DNA of 64,000 nucleotides from positions 62,001 to 126,000 of the forward strand of contig JAVKOQ020000063.1 of NCBI GenBank assembly GCA_031835245.2, read 5' to 3'. This document shows, piece by piece, positions 12,198 to 23,202 of the stretch; the first letter of the stretch is position 1, and every line of letters begins with the position of its first letter. The stretch comes from Balamuthia mandrillaris. Its lineage: Eukaryota. The position numbers were made by a program, and so were the translations under genes. The notes below the pieces were generated by a model. The model saw only the letters and a list, made by a program, of their open reading frames with translations, had not been told where the DNA came from and ran no database searches.

Positions 12198-13653
12198 ATG
12201 CTGCCGATGGGAGGAGGAGGACCGCAGCAGCTGCCTATGGCCCCGCAAGGGGACGCTTCCGCCGGGGCGTTCCTGCCCGTGGTTGCCTTTTGGTTGTCCG
12301 AGTACTGCTTGGTGCAGTTCCCCGCCGCTCTCATCCACCAAAGAGCAGCAGCGGGTCTGCTTCCTTACGGCCGCTTCTCTGTGAGGCAAGCCCAGCAGCA
12401 GCAGCAGCACCACCAGCGGTCCTCTTCTCGTTCTCCTTCTCTCGTGCCCCGCGCTCCTGTGATCCCTGGGTTGATGCCTCCTCCTCCCTCCTTTCAACCT
12501 CAGCGACGTTTGCCTTCCTCCACTCCCGAAGAAGTCATCCACAACGTCAAAGCGCTAAGCGCGTGGCAACAGTGGAAGGCCTTTCACCAGGAAGAGGGCT
12601 TCACGCACCTCCTCAAATGCACTGCCATCGACATGGTGGATCACTTTGCTCTTGGTATTTCCTCTCTCCACCGCTGTTTTTTTTTCACAGTTTTAGTGAT
12701 CAACAAAACAAAAAAACCGCATAGGAATGGTGGTGGCGGTGACCATCAACTTCATGACAATCGTGCGGCTAAGCTATAACCAAGCCTCTCGCGACGCCTC
12801 TCCACATCAACAAGACAATGAAGAAGACGAACTGCTGCCACCGTTGACGCTGCAATACATGCTGTGCTGCGAGTTTGTGGGCTACACGCTTGCCTCCCTC
12901 GTGACCTTCCCGTTGCACATGCTCAGCTTGAGAGTGAGGCTGCATCGTTGGACGGGCTGGAGGTCTCTTTTCAGCTTTGGTCCATCATCCAAGAAGGGGT
13001 GGTTGGGATGGTGGGGTGGTGCTGCGTTGTTGCCGCTAGCCCTGGATAATTATCTCTGCACAAAAGGTCATCAGGAGGCGAGGTTGCTGTTGTTTAACCT
13101 GTTGGGACGTCCTTTTGATCCGATGCAGTGTCTTGTTCTGGCCAACAACAACTATAACGAAAATGAAGAAGACGAAAAGAAGAAGCAGACGAAGAAGGGA
13201 AAGGAGAAGGAGCGTGAAGAAGTGTCACTAGAGTTGTCGGCTGCCGGTGTTGGCTTTGAAGCAGATAACCGTCATCACTCTCACTCCAACGAAGAAGAGG
13301 AAGAAGACGAGTATTATCAACAACATCGGCCATCATCGTCAGCGTCAGCAAATCAAATGTTCATGGAGTTTAGAGAAAGCACTTCACATAGAATCGGCCG
13401 AGAGGTAACGCATCGTGGCATCTCATTGGCAGCAACAGCGTTGGTTGGCTTGGTGCACATGCCAATCATGACGGTTGGCCTTCGTCTCCTCTTCAACGGT
13501 GACGCTGTTGGTGGTGGGGTTGGCCAGGGTCTCGTTGCATGCGTGAAGGGCATTTGGAAGGAGGAAGGCTTGTGGGGCTTTTATCGTGGCTTTGGATGGT
13601 ATCTGCTTGCTTACAGCGATATTCTTCGACCTGCTTCTCCTTTTACCATGTGA
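12198..13653 (+). CDS. Divergent mitochondrial carrier family protein (SLC25A46/MTCH-like)
   Basis: Degenerate carrier signatures FPLHMLSLRVRL and MPIMTVGLRL, plus GLVACVKGIWKEEGLWGFYRG; one intron about 12655-12724. Confidence 0.65.
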
Positions 13654-13757
13654 GAACAGAAAAACAAAACTTCATAACAGACGAAAGCTAAAAGAAAATT
13701 GGATACCTTTGCTTCTGTTCATCATCATCTCTTTTTCGCTTTTTTTTCTTCCTTTGC

Positions 13758-15743
13758 TCATTTTCCTCTTCCCTTTTCTTGTGGAGCATCATAAGTGCCA
13801 TCTTTGATCTTTTGCAACAGTTGGAGGAGCTCCTCGCCAGGTAGATCGATGTAAATGTAGGCCACCCAGCGCCTCTTGCCGCCCACGACTGTGGTCATGG
13901 CCTTTACATCCTTCACCAATTTGTGCTCATAGAACTCGCGGAGGCATTGCTTTATCTTCTTTTGACTCCTTGCTAACATCTCTCTATCGCAGGCTGCTGT
14001 GAACTCCGTCAGGTTTACTTTGGAACGAAGGGCAGTTGGTTGTTTTTGCTTTGGCGCCACAACGTTGATCTTTGTTCTTCCTTTTCCTTTTGGTCTCCCT
14101 CTTCCTCCTCCTTTAGCTGTTTCTCCTTTTTGTTCTTCTGCTTTCTCTGCTGCTTCCTGTTCTTTCTCTGTTGAGGTTGTGAGAGCGGAAGGAAGAGATT
14201 GTTGAAGTAGTCGCAGCTGTTGTGTTTGCATCTCCGCCAGCAATGCAAACATTCGTCTCACATCAGGAGGCACGCTCTTCAGCACATGGTGTGCTCCCAA
14301 GTTCATGATCCCTCTATCTTCTTCTTCTTCACCGTATTCTTCCTCTTCAACCACATCTACATCTTCTGTTGTTTCCGCATCTTCTGCGTCTGTTGTCTTG
14401 TCTTTCTTCGTTGAGCGGTTTCGTTGTTGTCGTTTTCGTGTTGTTGTTGCAGCTTGTTGGAACCGCCGCCAACCTCCTAATGCGCTGCGATTGATCAAGG
14501 GATTGGCGGCTGCCTCCAAGTCATAATGCTGATACGTTGGTGCAAAGACGGGTATCCACTTGAACCTATCTGCCATCTCGTCGTCCCACACTTCATTTTG
14601 GTTGACAACAAAACACAAAAAACAGCATTAGGAGGAAGAAGGAGAAGAGAGAAGAACAAGAAGATAAAGCGTACAAAGAGGAGCGTAACAATGATCGATA
14701 GAGGCTATAAGGTGAACTGGCGGAAGGTTCGCGAGAATTGACAGCACCGTTTGGGCTGCCTCCGATCGCAACGCCGGCCCGTCAATGTTGTGAACGACAA
14801 TCAAGACATGTTCCACAGCTCGCAGAGGCGTTGCAAAGTTGTTGTTTCGTTGTTGCAACAGGAAATGTCGCAGCTGTTGGCATTGAGCCAGTGTAGATGA
14901 GGAGTTGGACAGCGAGGCACCCATTATCGAACCGAGCATCGACACCAAGGCCATTAACTAGAAAGGACGAAAATAAATAAAGTGAGAAAGGCAAAGAAGG
15001 AAGGCAGAACGAAGCATGATAGAACGAAAAGACATAAAACACTGAAAAGAACTTACAGAAGAATCCTTGGAGCTTGTAGGTTCGAGATAGCCGTGCAGGA
15101 AAAAACGAGGCCACTGCTCCAACGTTCCGGCGAACTCCTCCATGAGCGGTCGTTTGGTGCCAAAGCCATAGAGGAGCAGGTTGAACCCAGAGAGCAGCTG
15201 CAGCGTCCACCGATCAAACTGAGCGCGGTGATGGCCTTGAAGAACAGCGCGTAGCCGCGCCGAAGGGCCCAGTGAGAGGAGTTTTTCTTGCTTTCTCTGC
15301 TTTTCTTTTTCACGTTTTTCCTTTGCTTTTGCTTTCTCCTCCTCTTCTTCTGCCTCTTCTTCTTCGTCATCTGATTCGATTTCTTTCTTGTTTTTGTTGG
15401 CGCGAAGTTGGAGCTTGCGTTTCGCTAGGTTTGACAGTTGGATGTGTTCCAAGGGCTCCAAAAGCTCTTGTAACACGGCAGGTCGCTGAACCGAAGCCAA
15501 CAAACCTAGCTTCTTTTCCGCCGCTCTGGATAGAACTATCCGCTGCACCCCTTCCGCACCTTCATCGTAAACGACCAGTCTCGCCTCTCCTTGAAGATTC
15601 GCGCTCTCTCCACGCTCGTGGCCTTGCTCCGCTTCCGCTTTGTCGACCTGCAGCTGCTTGGCTGCCACTACGTTTTTGCTTGGCTGAAGCGTCCGCCGCT
15701 TCCTTTTGGCCAGTCGCTTTGCCTTCTTCCTCTCCTCCTCCAT
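13758..15743 (-). CDS. ORC2: Origin recognition complex subunit 2
   Basis: QFDRWTLQLLSGFNLLLYGFGTKR, VHNIDGPALR, HLIASIDH, APTYQHYDLE, LREFYEHKLV; GT-AG introns near 14600-14675 and 14963-15055. Confidence 0.9.
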
Positions 15744-16098
15744 TTTTTCCTCCCCCCCTTTTAGTTTGTCTCCTTCTGTGTGCTTGATTTTTAGCAGTAA
15801 TGGCAGGGGCAACAAAAAATGGCGGGAAAAAATTTTCTGTCGACAAAAACTGATGACTGAAGAGAAATGGCAAGGAAAAAAGGAAGCAAAAAATGTCCTG
15901 CGCTTTCCTTGGGTGATGTTAGCAAGTATATTTGTGCTGACCAGGACAGCTTTTGGAGCTAACCGTTGCATGCTGGTGCAGATCATTTTTTGATTATTGA
16001 TTGGTAGCTGGAACTTTTCCATCAAATCGTGGGTTCCTCCTTCTGTAACGTGAGTCGACGAGGCAACAAGGTTTGAATCGATTGTTATACGCAACGCA

Positions 16099-16205
16099 AT
16101 GGAGGGACCCAAGAACCAGAAATGGAAGCGCTCTCGCAAGCCCTTCTCCTTCCAATTCGAAACTCGTCTGGAGGAGAAAGATCCCAGTCTAAGGTATTCA
16201 TTTTT

Positions 16206-16254
<49 letters not shown>

Positions 16255-17438
16255 CTCGCTTTTAACAATATTTCTTCTCTCTTCAGTATGGAATGTGAGC
16301 ACGAGGTGAGCAAAGAACTATGGAGTGGGGTGCTGCGTTCCAGCGAAGCCACCCAGAGCTCTCAAGGACTTTGTGACGAAGTACAAGGCTTCGCTATGTT
16401 GTTGAAGGACGCCTTTGACAACTTTGAGGGTTCAAGCATGGAGGTGGTAAGAGACACCACAGAGGAGCACGATAATATGATCTTGCAATTGTCGCACAAG
16501 ACCAGATACTCCACCAAAACCTTTACTGTCATTTTACGCAAAGGTACTTGATGTTGTTGTCTTATGTTGTCTGTTGTTGTAGTCCTTGTTCTTGCTCTTC
16601 TTCTTTGCCTTCTTCTTGTCCTTCTTCATTCTTGTTCTTGTTCTTCTCTTCCCCCTGTTCCTTGTTGCCTTCTTCTGTTCTTAACTATTAAAATCACTAT
16701 AGTGAAACAAGACCCCTATCAGAGGCTTGAGAGGATCGTGTTGGAGCACAGCGAGCGCCTCAACCAGCTGAAGCATCAACAGCCATTCTGCTTCAACCCT
16801 CAGCACTGTTCCTCGCAGCTCAAGCTCTCCTGTGATAGCACTGTGGGTACGCTCAGGAACTCCTGATAACATGTGAAAGGTTCACTGACTGACCTTACAC
16901 GTTACTTAGTTGCTATGGCAAACAATAGCCGATGGGACACAGTTTATTCGGCTGAAAGCTTTACAACTGGCGTACATTATTTCATGGTCCGTTGCCTTCG
17001 CTCTGTAAGTGCTCACATCATGGTTGGTGTGGCTCCCAGCAACTTTGCCACCATCGAGGCTCAATTTGTTGGCCAACAAAATGGGAGGTCCTTTTATTTG
17101 ACCAACGGTTCTACTTCTTCTCCCTGCAGCTTCTTCTCCGTCCACAGAACGTTATGACTAACAAGTACCGTTTTTGTTTTTGGTATGCGAGTAAAGGTGT
17201 CTTGTACAACAACGGAGCTACAACCAACACAGGGGCAGGCAACGCCTTAGCAACACCAGGAGCGTTGGTAGCGGTCCAGCTGGACCTGAACAACAACCAG
17301 GTGACATGGTTCTACAACGGAGTGGAGGTCGGGCAACTGAACATCGACCCCGGAGAATACTTTTTCGCGGTTTCTCTGTACAACAAGTTCGATGCGGTCA
17401 AGGTCGTATCAAAGCATTGTTGGTCCCGTGAGGAATGA
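16099..17438 (+). CDS. SPRY/B30.2 domain protein, multi-exon
   Basis: C-terminal GVHYFMVR, IMVGVA, VAVQLDLNNNQVTWFYNG, YFFAVSL; several short GT-AG introns. Confidence 0.75.
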
Positions 17439-17754
17439 AGAATGGCGCAAGGCATTCTTGATTGTTTGTTATGTGATTGGTTGGTTAACTGACTAGATCA
17501 ATCAAACTGATCTATGAAAATATTCGTTTTATGATTGGGTGATCTTGATGATCGATCAACAAACGTGATTACATTGAAATTTCAGATAAACCAAACCAAA
17601 AGAAAAGAAAAAGACGTGAAAAAAGAAAGCGCCAAGCAGTAGAGGAGACAACAAAAAAAAAGTAGCAAGTTCGTTTTTCGTATTGTTGCAATACCGGGGT
17701 TGCTGCCACAGGCTTTAAACTTACTCAACTTGGCCTTTCCCCGTTAGGGACAGC

Positions 17755-18684
17755 ATGGAGGTGAAACAAGTAGCGAGACCGCAAGTGAATGACGTCGTTG
17801 CCATAGACGTGGTTGTGCTCTCCGAAGAAGAGGAGGCCACAGAAAACGAGAAAGAGAAGGAGAAAGAAACGGACGTCCTGAAGATAACAGGAACAGAAGA
17901 ACCCTCCTCAAGACCGGAATGGACAAAGCTGTTGGAGTGCCCCATCTGCCTGTCGACTTGCCAGGACCCCGCCATGCTGGATGTTTGCTATCACACCTTT
18001 TGCTTCCTGTGCATCTTGCAATGGGTGGAACTCTCCCCCAAATGCCCTCTCTGCAAACGCGGCTTCGACACAATCCTTCATGACCTGCGACAGGAGGAAG
18101 GCGCTCCGATGGAGTATAAACGCTTCAAGCCGTCTCCGTCCCCTTCGTCAGCGGCTGCTCGTTCCTCTATGGAAGCGAGAAGAAGAAGCAGAAGACAACG
18201 GGTAACGCCGAAACGTTCACTGGGTGATGAAGAGGAGCGAGAGCGACAACGCAAACAAAGAAAACGTGTATATTATCAACAACAGCTACAACAAAAGCCT
18301 TCACGGGACAGAAAAAGAGCACATGTGGAAGTTATTGACCTCTGCGATGACTCCCCTGTAAAGTCCTCTTCTCCTCCTCCTTCTTCATCATCTTCTTCTT
18401 CCTCCATCCGAGATGCATCAACACCGTTGCTTAAGGCGTGGGTTCATAGAGAACTGGAAGCTCTGCTTGAGACAGAAGACTTGGACTTGTTGTTGTTAGT
18501 TGTTCGCTCGTTGCTGGAGAGAACGTGTTCTTCTTCTTCCTCCTCATCTTCGTCCACCCGCAGAGGGGCAAGCCTGACAGTTGGCCAGGTGCTGGAGCTA
18601 CGGCCTCATATGGAGGAGTTCCTCTTCGAACACACGCAGCAATTCCTTCATGAGCTCGCCCTATATTGGAAGAGGTGTCGTTAA
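17755..18684 (+). CDS. RING-HC E3 ubiquitin ligase, TOPORS-like
   Basis: CPIC-x11-CYHTFCFLCI-x7-KCPLCK, and C-terminal AWVHRELEALL...FLFEHTQQFLHEL block typical of TOPORS-like proteins; single exon. Confidence 0.8.
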   Translation: MEVKQVARPQVNDVVAIDVVVLSEEEEATENEKEKEKETDVLKITGTEEPSSRPEWTKLLECPICLSTCQDPAMLDVCYHTFCFLCILQWVELSPKCPLCKRGFDTILHDLRQEEGAPMEYKRFKPSPSPSSAAARSSMEARRRSRRQRVTPKRSLGDEEERERQRKQRKRVYYQQQLQQKPSRDRKRAHVEVIDLCDDSPVKSSSPPPSSSSSSSSIRDASTPLLKAWVHRELEALLETEDLDLLLLVVRSLLERTCSSSSSSSSSTRRGASLTVGQVLELRPHMEEFLFEHTQQFLHELALYWKRCR

Positions 18685-18860
18685 AAACCTTTCCCTGTGC
18701 TGTTCTTTTTCTAAATGTGTATTAATGCTTGTTCTAAATAACACAGTTCTGACGGTGGTAATAAAGGTTGGAATGATGGAGGTAGAAGTTGTAGCAACAG
18801 CAGTATAATACTTGAGTAAAAAGTAATGTTCAATGTTGTAACCTGATCAGCCTTACAGTT

Positions 18861-20447
18861 TTAATCTTCCCACTCATCCCAGTCGCTATCTTTGCCTTCG
18901 TCATCGGACTCTGAGTCGCTAAGCTCTATGGCGATACGTCTTTGCAAAATGGCAGCCACATCGATCCTACCGTCATCTGCAGTGGTGCGTGGCTTTCTAT
19001 CTTCCTCTTTCACTTCCGTCTTCTTTAACTTCAGGCCCTCGTGTATCTGGTTCAAGAGACTGGAACGAGCTTCAGTAGGAGCTCCTGCTCCTACTGGCGC
19101 AGGCGGAGGCATAGGAGGAGGAGGACCGGCGGATTGCGGAGGAGCGGCGGGTGGTGGAGGAGCCGCTGGTGGAGGAGGACCTTGCGACCTTAATGGAAGC
19201 ATAGACGGAGAGGGAGATGACGGTGGAGGAGGATTGAAGGCTGGCGGAGTGGGCGCACCAGCACGAGCGTGCGCAGCAGGAGAAGCGGTTGAAGGAGTTA
19301 TAGGAGAATTTCTCCTGGCTCCTCCCATGGCCATCCCCGTTTTGGGTGGCTGCTGAGGAGCGGTTGCTGCGTGGTGATGATGAGAAAGAGCAGTAGGGGC
19401 TTCAGCAGGCCTTGAAGGGGCTACGGGTTGTGGTGAAGCTACGGCACTGGGCCTATGGCGAGCAGATTGGGAGCCTTGCTCTGGCACAGGTGGCGGCCCA
19501 AAGTCGGGCGGAGAAAGGAAGTAGGCTGACTGGGCAGGCACTCTTGCTCCACCCATGAAGCCAGCACCACCAACACGACCACGACCAGCTCCACCTCCTC
19601 CCATTAACATCTCAGGAGCAGCAGTGGAGGTCTCCACGGTTGGCTTGTTGTTGGCGGGACGAGGACGAAGCGTGGCGGCACCAGCGATGGGCAGGCGAGG
19701 AACCGTACCCGGAGCAGCAGAGGAGGAAGAGGAGGCATCCTCAGCAGCAGGACCACGGGCTGAACGAGGGGAAACAATATCCCCGCTGTCATCGATCAGC
19801 TCTCCATGCTGATTGTACCTAGTTCGCTTGAGCTTGGAGACCTGCACCTCGTTCTCGATCCTCTTGGGTGCACCTGCTTGCTTCTTGCCGGTCCTGCGCT
19901 TGGCCCGCCTGGCCTTAGCATTGGCTCGCTCCCTCTTCTGCACGGCCAGCCATTCGTACAGGAAAAAATCCGGGTCGGTGTAGTTCTTCACGCAGGACTC
20001 CCCTTCCTTGCAGAACTCATCCATGACGGCCAGGTTGGGCAAGGGCTCGCATTGCTCCTTCAACGCTTGGATGCAAGGGGGCGTGCTGTCCCTGCCCAGG
20101 AGCTGTGCGGTGTGCACCGGGTTGTGGTTCGAGGCCTCCATCTTTGGGTTTCGGCAAAAGAACTGCACGGGGGAGGCCTGGAGATACGCTTCGGCGGCGG
20201 GGGCGAACTCCGCGCATTGCTCGAAGCGCTGGGAGAGGCTTTGCAGGCGGTTCGAGGTGTTGGTGGCCAGTTGGTTCAGGTCGGAGAAGATCTGGTTGGC
20301 GTAGAGCAGCAGGTGCTGCATCTGGTTGAGAAGGGCGCACTCGCGGGCGTGGTTCATGAGCGGGAGCACCTGTTGGGCAGAGGAGGAGCCGACCTGGGCT
20401 TCTTCCACCACGGTGTCGCTGGGTAAGCCCCGCAACACGCGCACCAT
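18861..20447 (-). CDS. SCAR: SCAR/WAVE Arp2/3 activator
   Basis: SHD with YTDPDFFLYEW, basic region, poly-Pro, WH2 RSSLLNQIHEGLKLKK, central DVAAILQRRIAIE and acidic tail with Trp; intronless. Confidence 0.92.
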   Translation of the reverse strand: MVRVLRGLPSDTVVEEAQVGSSSAQQVLPLMNHARECALLNQMQHLLLYANQIFSDLNQLATNTSNRLQSLSQRFEQCAEFAPAAEAYLQASPVQFFCRNPKMEASNHNPVHTAQLLGRDSTPPCIQALKEQCEPLPNLAVMDEFCKEGESCVKNYTDPDFFLYEWLAVQKRERANAKARRAKRRTGKKQAGAPKRIENEVQVSKLKRTRYNQHGELIDDSGDIVSPRSARGPAAEDASSSSSAAPGTVPRLPIAGAATLRPRPANNKPTVETSTAAPEMLMGGGGAGRGRVGGAGFMGGARVPAQSAYFLSPPDFGPPPVPEQGSQSARHRPSAVASPQPVAPSRPAEAPTALSHHHHAATAPQQPPKTGMAMGGARRNSPITPSTASPAAHARAGAPTPPAFNPPPPSSPSPSMLPLRSQGPPPPAAPPPPAAPPQSAGPPPPMPPPAPVGAGAPTEARSSLLNQIHEGLKLKKTEVKEEDRKPRTTADDGRIDVAAILQRRIAIELSDSESDDEGKDSDWDEWED

Positions 20448-20698
20448 TTTTCTTCTTGGCTGTCTTTCCCAGAAGGTTAAGTTCGAATACCCTGTGATCA
20501 CTTGCCTTAGAGCTGGTTCTTTTCTTCTTTCTCCTGTTTGGTTTTAACCTTTAAATAAAAAAAAACACAAATATAAATTCCTGTGCAGCGAAACGACACC
20601 CGCTTTAAGGTGCATCATATCGACAAAAATGGGCTGAACCGAAAGAAGAGCGTTCTTTTCTCGCTCTCTTTTGTGAACGAATGTTTTTTGTTTTTGTT

Positions 20699-21849
20699 TT
20701 AGGAGGACTTGCTGCTATAAGCTCGAATCCGGGCCAACAGATCCGACGTGGAGATACCATCCGTCCTTGGAAGCACTTTATCTATGCCTTTTTTTGTTTT
20801 GTTAATCGCTATCTCACCAGCAAACGAGAACAAAAGGAAAGACACAAAGAAAAAGAAAAGCATGACAATGAAGGGATAAACACAAACCTAAGTCTCTGGC
20901 ACCAGCGTAGAACTTGTCGTCAGGGTGATTGTATTCCTCAGACAGAGCAACGACGTGGATCTTATGCTTTATTAAGAACTCGACAGGAAGGTCGAAGCAG
21001 GGGGCGTCCGGGATGACCTTATGCACAAACTTGCAGGCAGCAACGGCTGCGTATCTCTCCTTCTCGTTCATGATGGGCTTGCGCTTGTACCGCGTTACAT
21101 CAGCGTCGTTGCACACTCCCACAAACAATCGAGTCCCCATTTTAGCAGCATTCTCAAACAACCTGAAAGTTTGTCATTAGTACATTGAAGTGAAGAAGAA
21201 GATGAAGAAGAGAGAAGAACAAGAACAAGAAGAAGAAGAACAAATAGTATTACGAACTTCATATGACCAAGGTGACAGAGGTCAAATACGCCAGAGCAGT
21301 AAACGTTACGATGAACGGTCAAGAAAGGCAGTTGCAAGTGCTGAGCCAAGTCTGAGAAAACAGAGAAGTAATAAAACGCCACCAACAGGATGGTCGCCAA
21401 GTGATGGAAGATGGAGAGCATGGCAAAGACCACGATCCACGGGTGGAGGTCCCTCTTTGCCATCTTTCCAAGAATGATGTCGCTGGTGACTACCGTCATG
21501 AACAGTCCATCACAAATGATGGGCCACAAGTAAGAAGAAGAGGAGGCAACAAGTTGTTGTGGCAGTATTTCTAGCTCTTCTATTGTCGTTGATGGGGCAG
21601 AGGAAGAAGAAAGATAGAGAGCAATGGAAGGAAAGAGTGCACGATAGATGAGACAGAACAAGAGTCCATTTCTGGTGGCATAGTTGGAGGAGGGGAGGCG
21701 AAGAGTCTCGATGAGAACGAGCACGTTGAGGGCGACGTAGACGGTAAGAACGACTTGCTCCAGGCGAACCGTCTGGAGGAGAGGATGGTGCAACCAGTCC
21801 AGCCCTATGGTTCCTCTTACAAGACTCACCTGTTGTTTGTTGGTTGAGC

Positions 21850-21880
<31 letters not shown>

Positions 21881-23040
21881 AAGAAGAAGAAGAAGAAGAA
21901 GAAGAAGAAGAAGAAGAAGAAGAAGAAGAAGAAGAACAAGAAGAAGAAGAAGAAGAAAGAAGAACAAGAAGAACAAGAAGAACAAGAAGAAGAAGAAGAA
22001 GGAAGAAGAAGAACAAGAACAAGAACAAGAAGAAGAACAAGAACAAGAAGAAGAAGAAGAAGAAGAAGAAGAAGAAGAACAAGAACAGAAGAAGAAGAAC
22101 AAGAACAGAAGAAGAAGAAGAACAAGAAGAAGAACAAGAAGAAGAAGAAGAACAAGAACAAGAAGAAGAAGAAGAAGAACAAGAAGAAGAAGAAGAAGAA
22201 CAAGAACAACAAGAAGAAGAAGAAGAAGAAGAAGAACAACAAGAAGAAGAAGAAGAAGAAGAAGAAGAAGAAGAAGAAGAAGAAGAAGAAGAAGAAGAAG
22301 AAGAAGAAGAAGAAGAAGAAGAAGAAGAAGAAGAACAAGAAGAAGAACAAGAAGAAGAAGAAGAACAAGAAGAAGAACAAGAAGAAGAAGGAGAAGAGGA
22401 AGAAACCCAAGTGAAGAACAAGAACAAGAAGATAAGGAAGAAGGAGACAACTACGAACCACCATGAACAAGAAGAGGGCCTCGCCCGGCCCGCCAAACAA
22501 GGAGTACCTCACCACGCCCGTCCGAAAGGCCCCCAAGTGCTCCCACAGAAACACCAGCTGGGCGGACTGCACCAGGTACCACACCAGCCGCACGTTGGTG
22601 CTGGCGCTGGCAGGGTCGCCCTGCGAAGGGGGGGTCATGCCCAGCAGGTTGCACACCGCCAGCACCAGGAACACGCTGCCCACCATGTCGCAGACGTTGT
22701 CAAAGAGCTCGCCCAAGGGGGAGTCGTTGCGGATGCGGCGGGCGTGGCGGCCGTCGATGGCGTCCAGGGTCTGGTAGGCGAACATGAGGAGGAAGACCAG
22801 GGCGGAGACGGCCTGGGGGTGCTCCTCCAGGTAGAGGTGGCTGACGTACCAGGCGTGCAGCAGGCAGAGCGCCCCGGCCAGGGAGAGCACGTTGGGCGCC
22901 ACCTCGTCCGGCACCAGCTGGGCCACCCGGTCCCAAAAGGGGGTCAGCACCTTGGTGGAGATGGAGTTGTCGATGAGGCCGCTGTTGGTCTTCCACCGCT
23001 CCACGTTGGCTCGTTGCGGTTCCGTCAGGAAGGAGTCCAT
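20699..23040 (-). CDS. Bifunctional CDP-alcohol phosphotransferase (CEPT-like) fused to CTP:phosphocholine/phosphoethanolamine cytidylyltransferase, 4 exons
   Basis: Intact DAIDGRHARRIRNDSPLGELFDNVCD motif, TM helices, then VYCSGVFDLCHLGHM (HxGH) and RTDGISTSDL; introns 21830-22458, 21163-21257 and about 20789-20887 join in frame. Confidence 0.88.
21851..22390. repeat. About 540-bp (GAA/CAA)n array filling a 629-nt intron
   Basis: Directly visible; (TTC/TTG)n on the sense strand. Confidence 0.97.
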
Positions 23041-23202
23041 CTTTATCTCTCTCTCTTTCTTTTTTTTTGATTTTAAATCTTTTCTTCTTCAAACAAAAAA
23101 GAAAAGAAAGGAAAGGAAAGAGAGAAGAAGAAGAAGAAGAGAGAAGAAAGGAAGAAGCTCTTTTTAAGGTGGTTCTGTTCTGTGAAAGCTTTCAAGAGGA
23201 GG

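Noticed and set aside
16861..16872. In-frame TGA TAA interrupting the SPRY gene (possible readthrough or selenocysteine)
   Set aside because: Lies inside a GT-AG intron (about 16847-16909).
21095..22496. Long poly-L/F/S/R ORFs in several frames
   Set aside because: Artefacts of a stop-free intronic triplet repeat.
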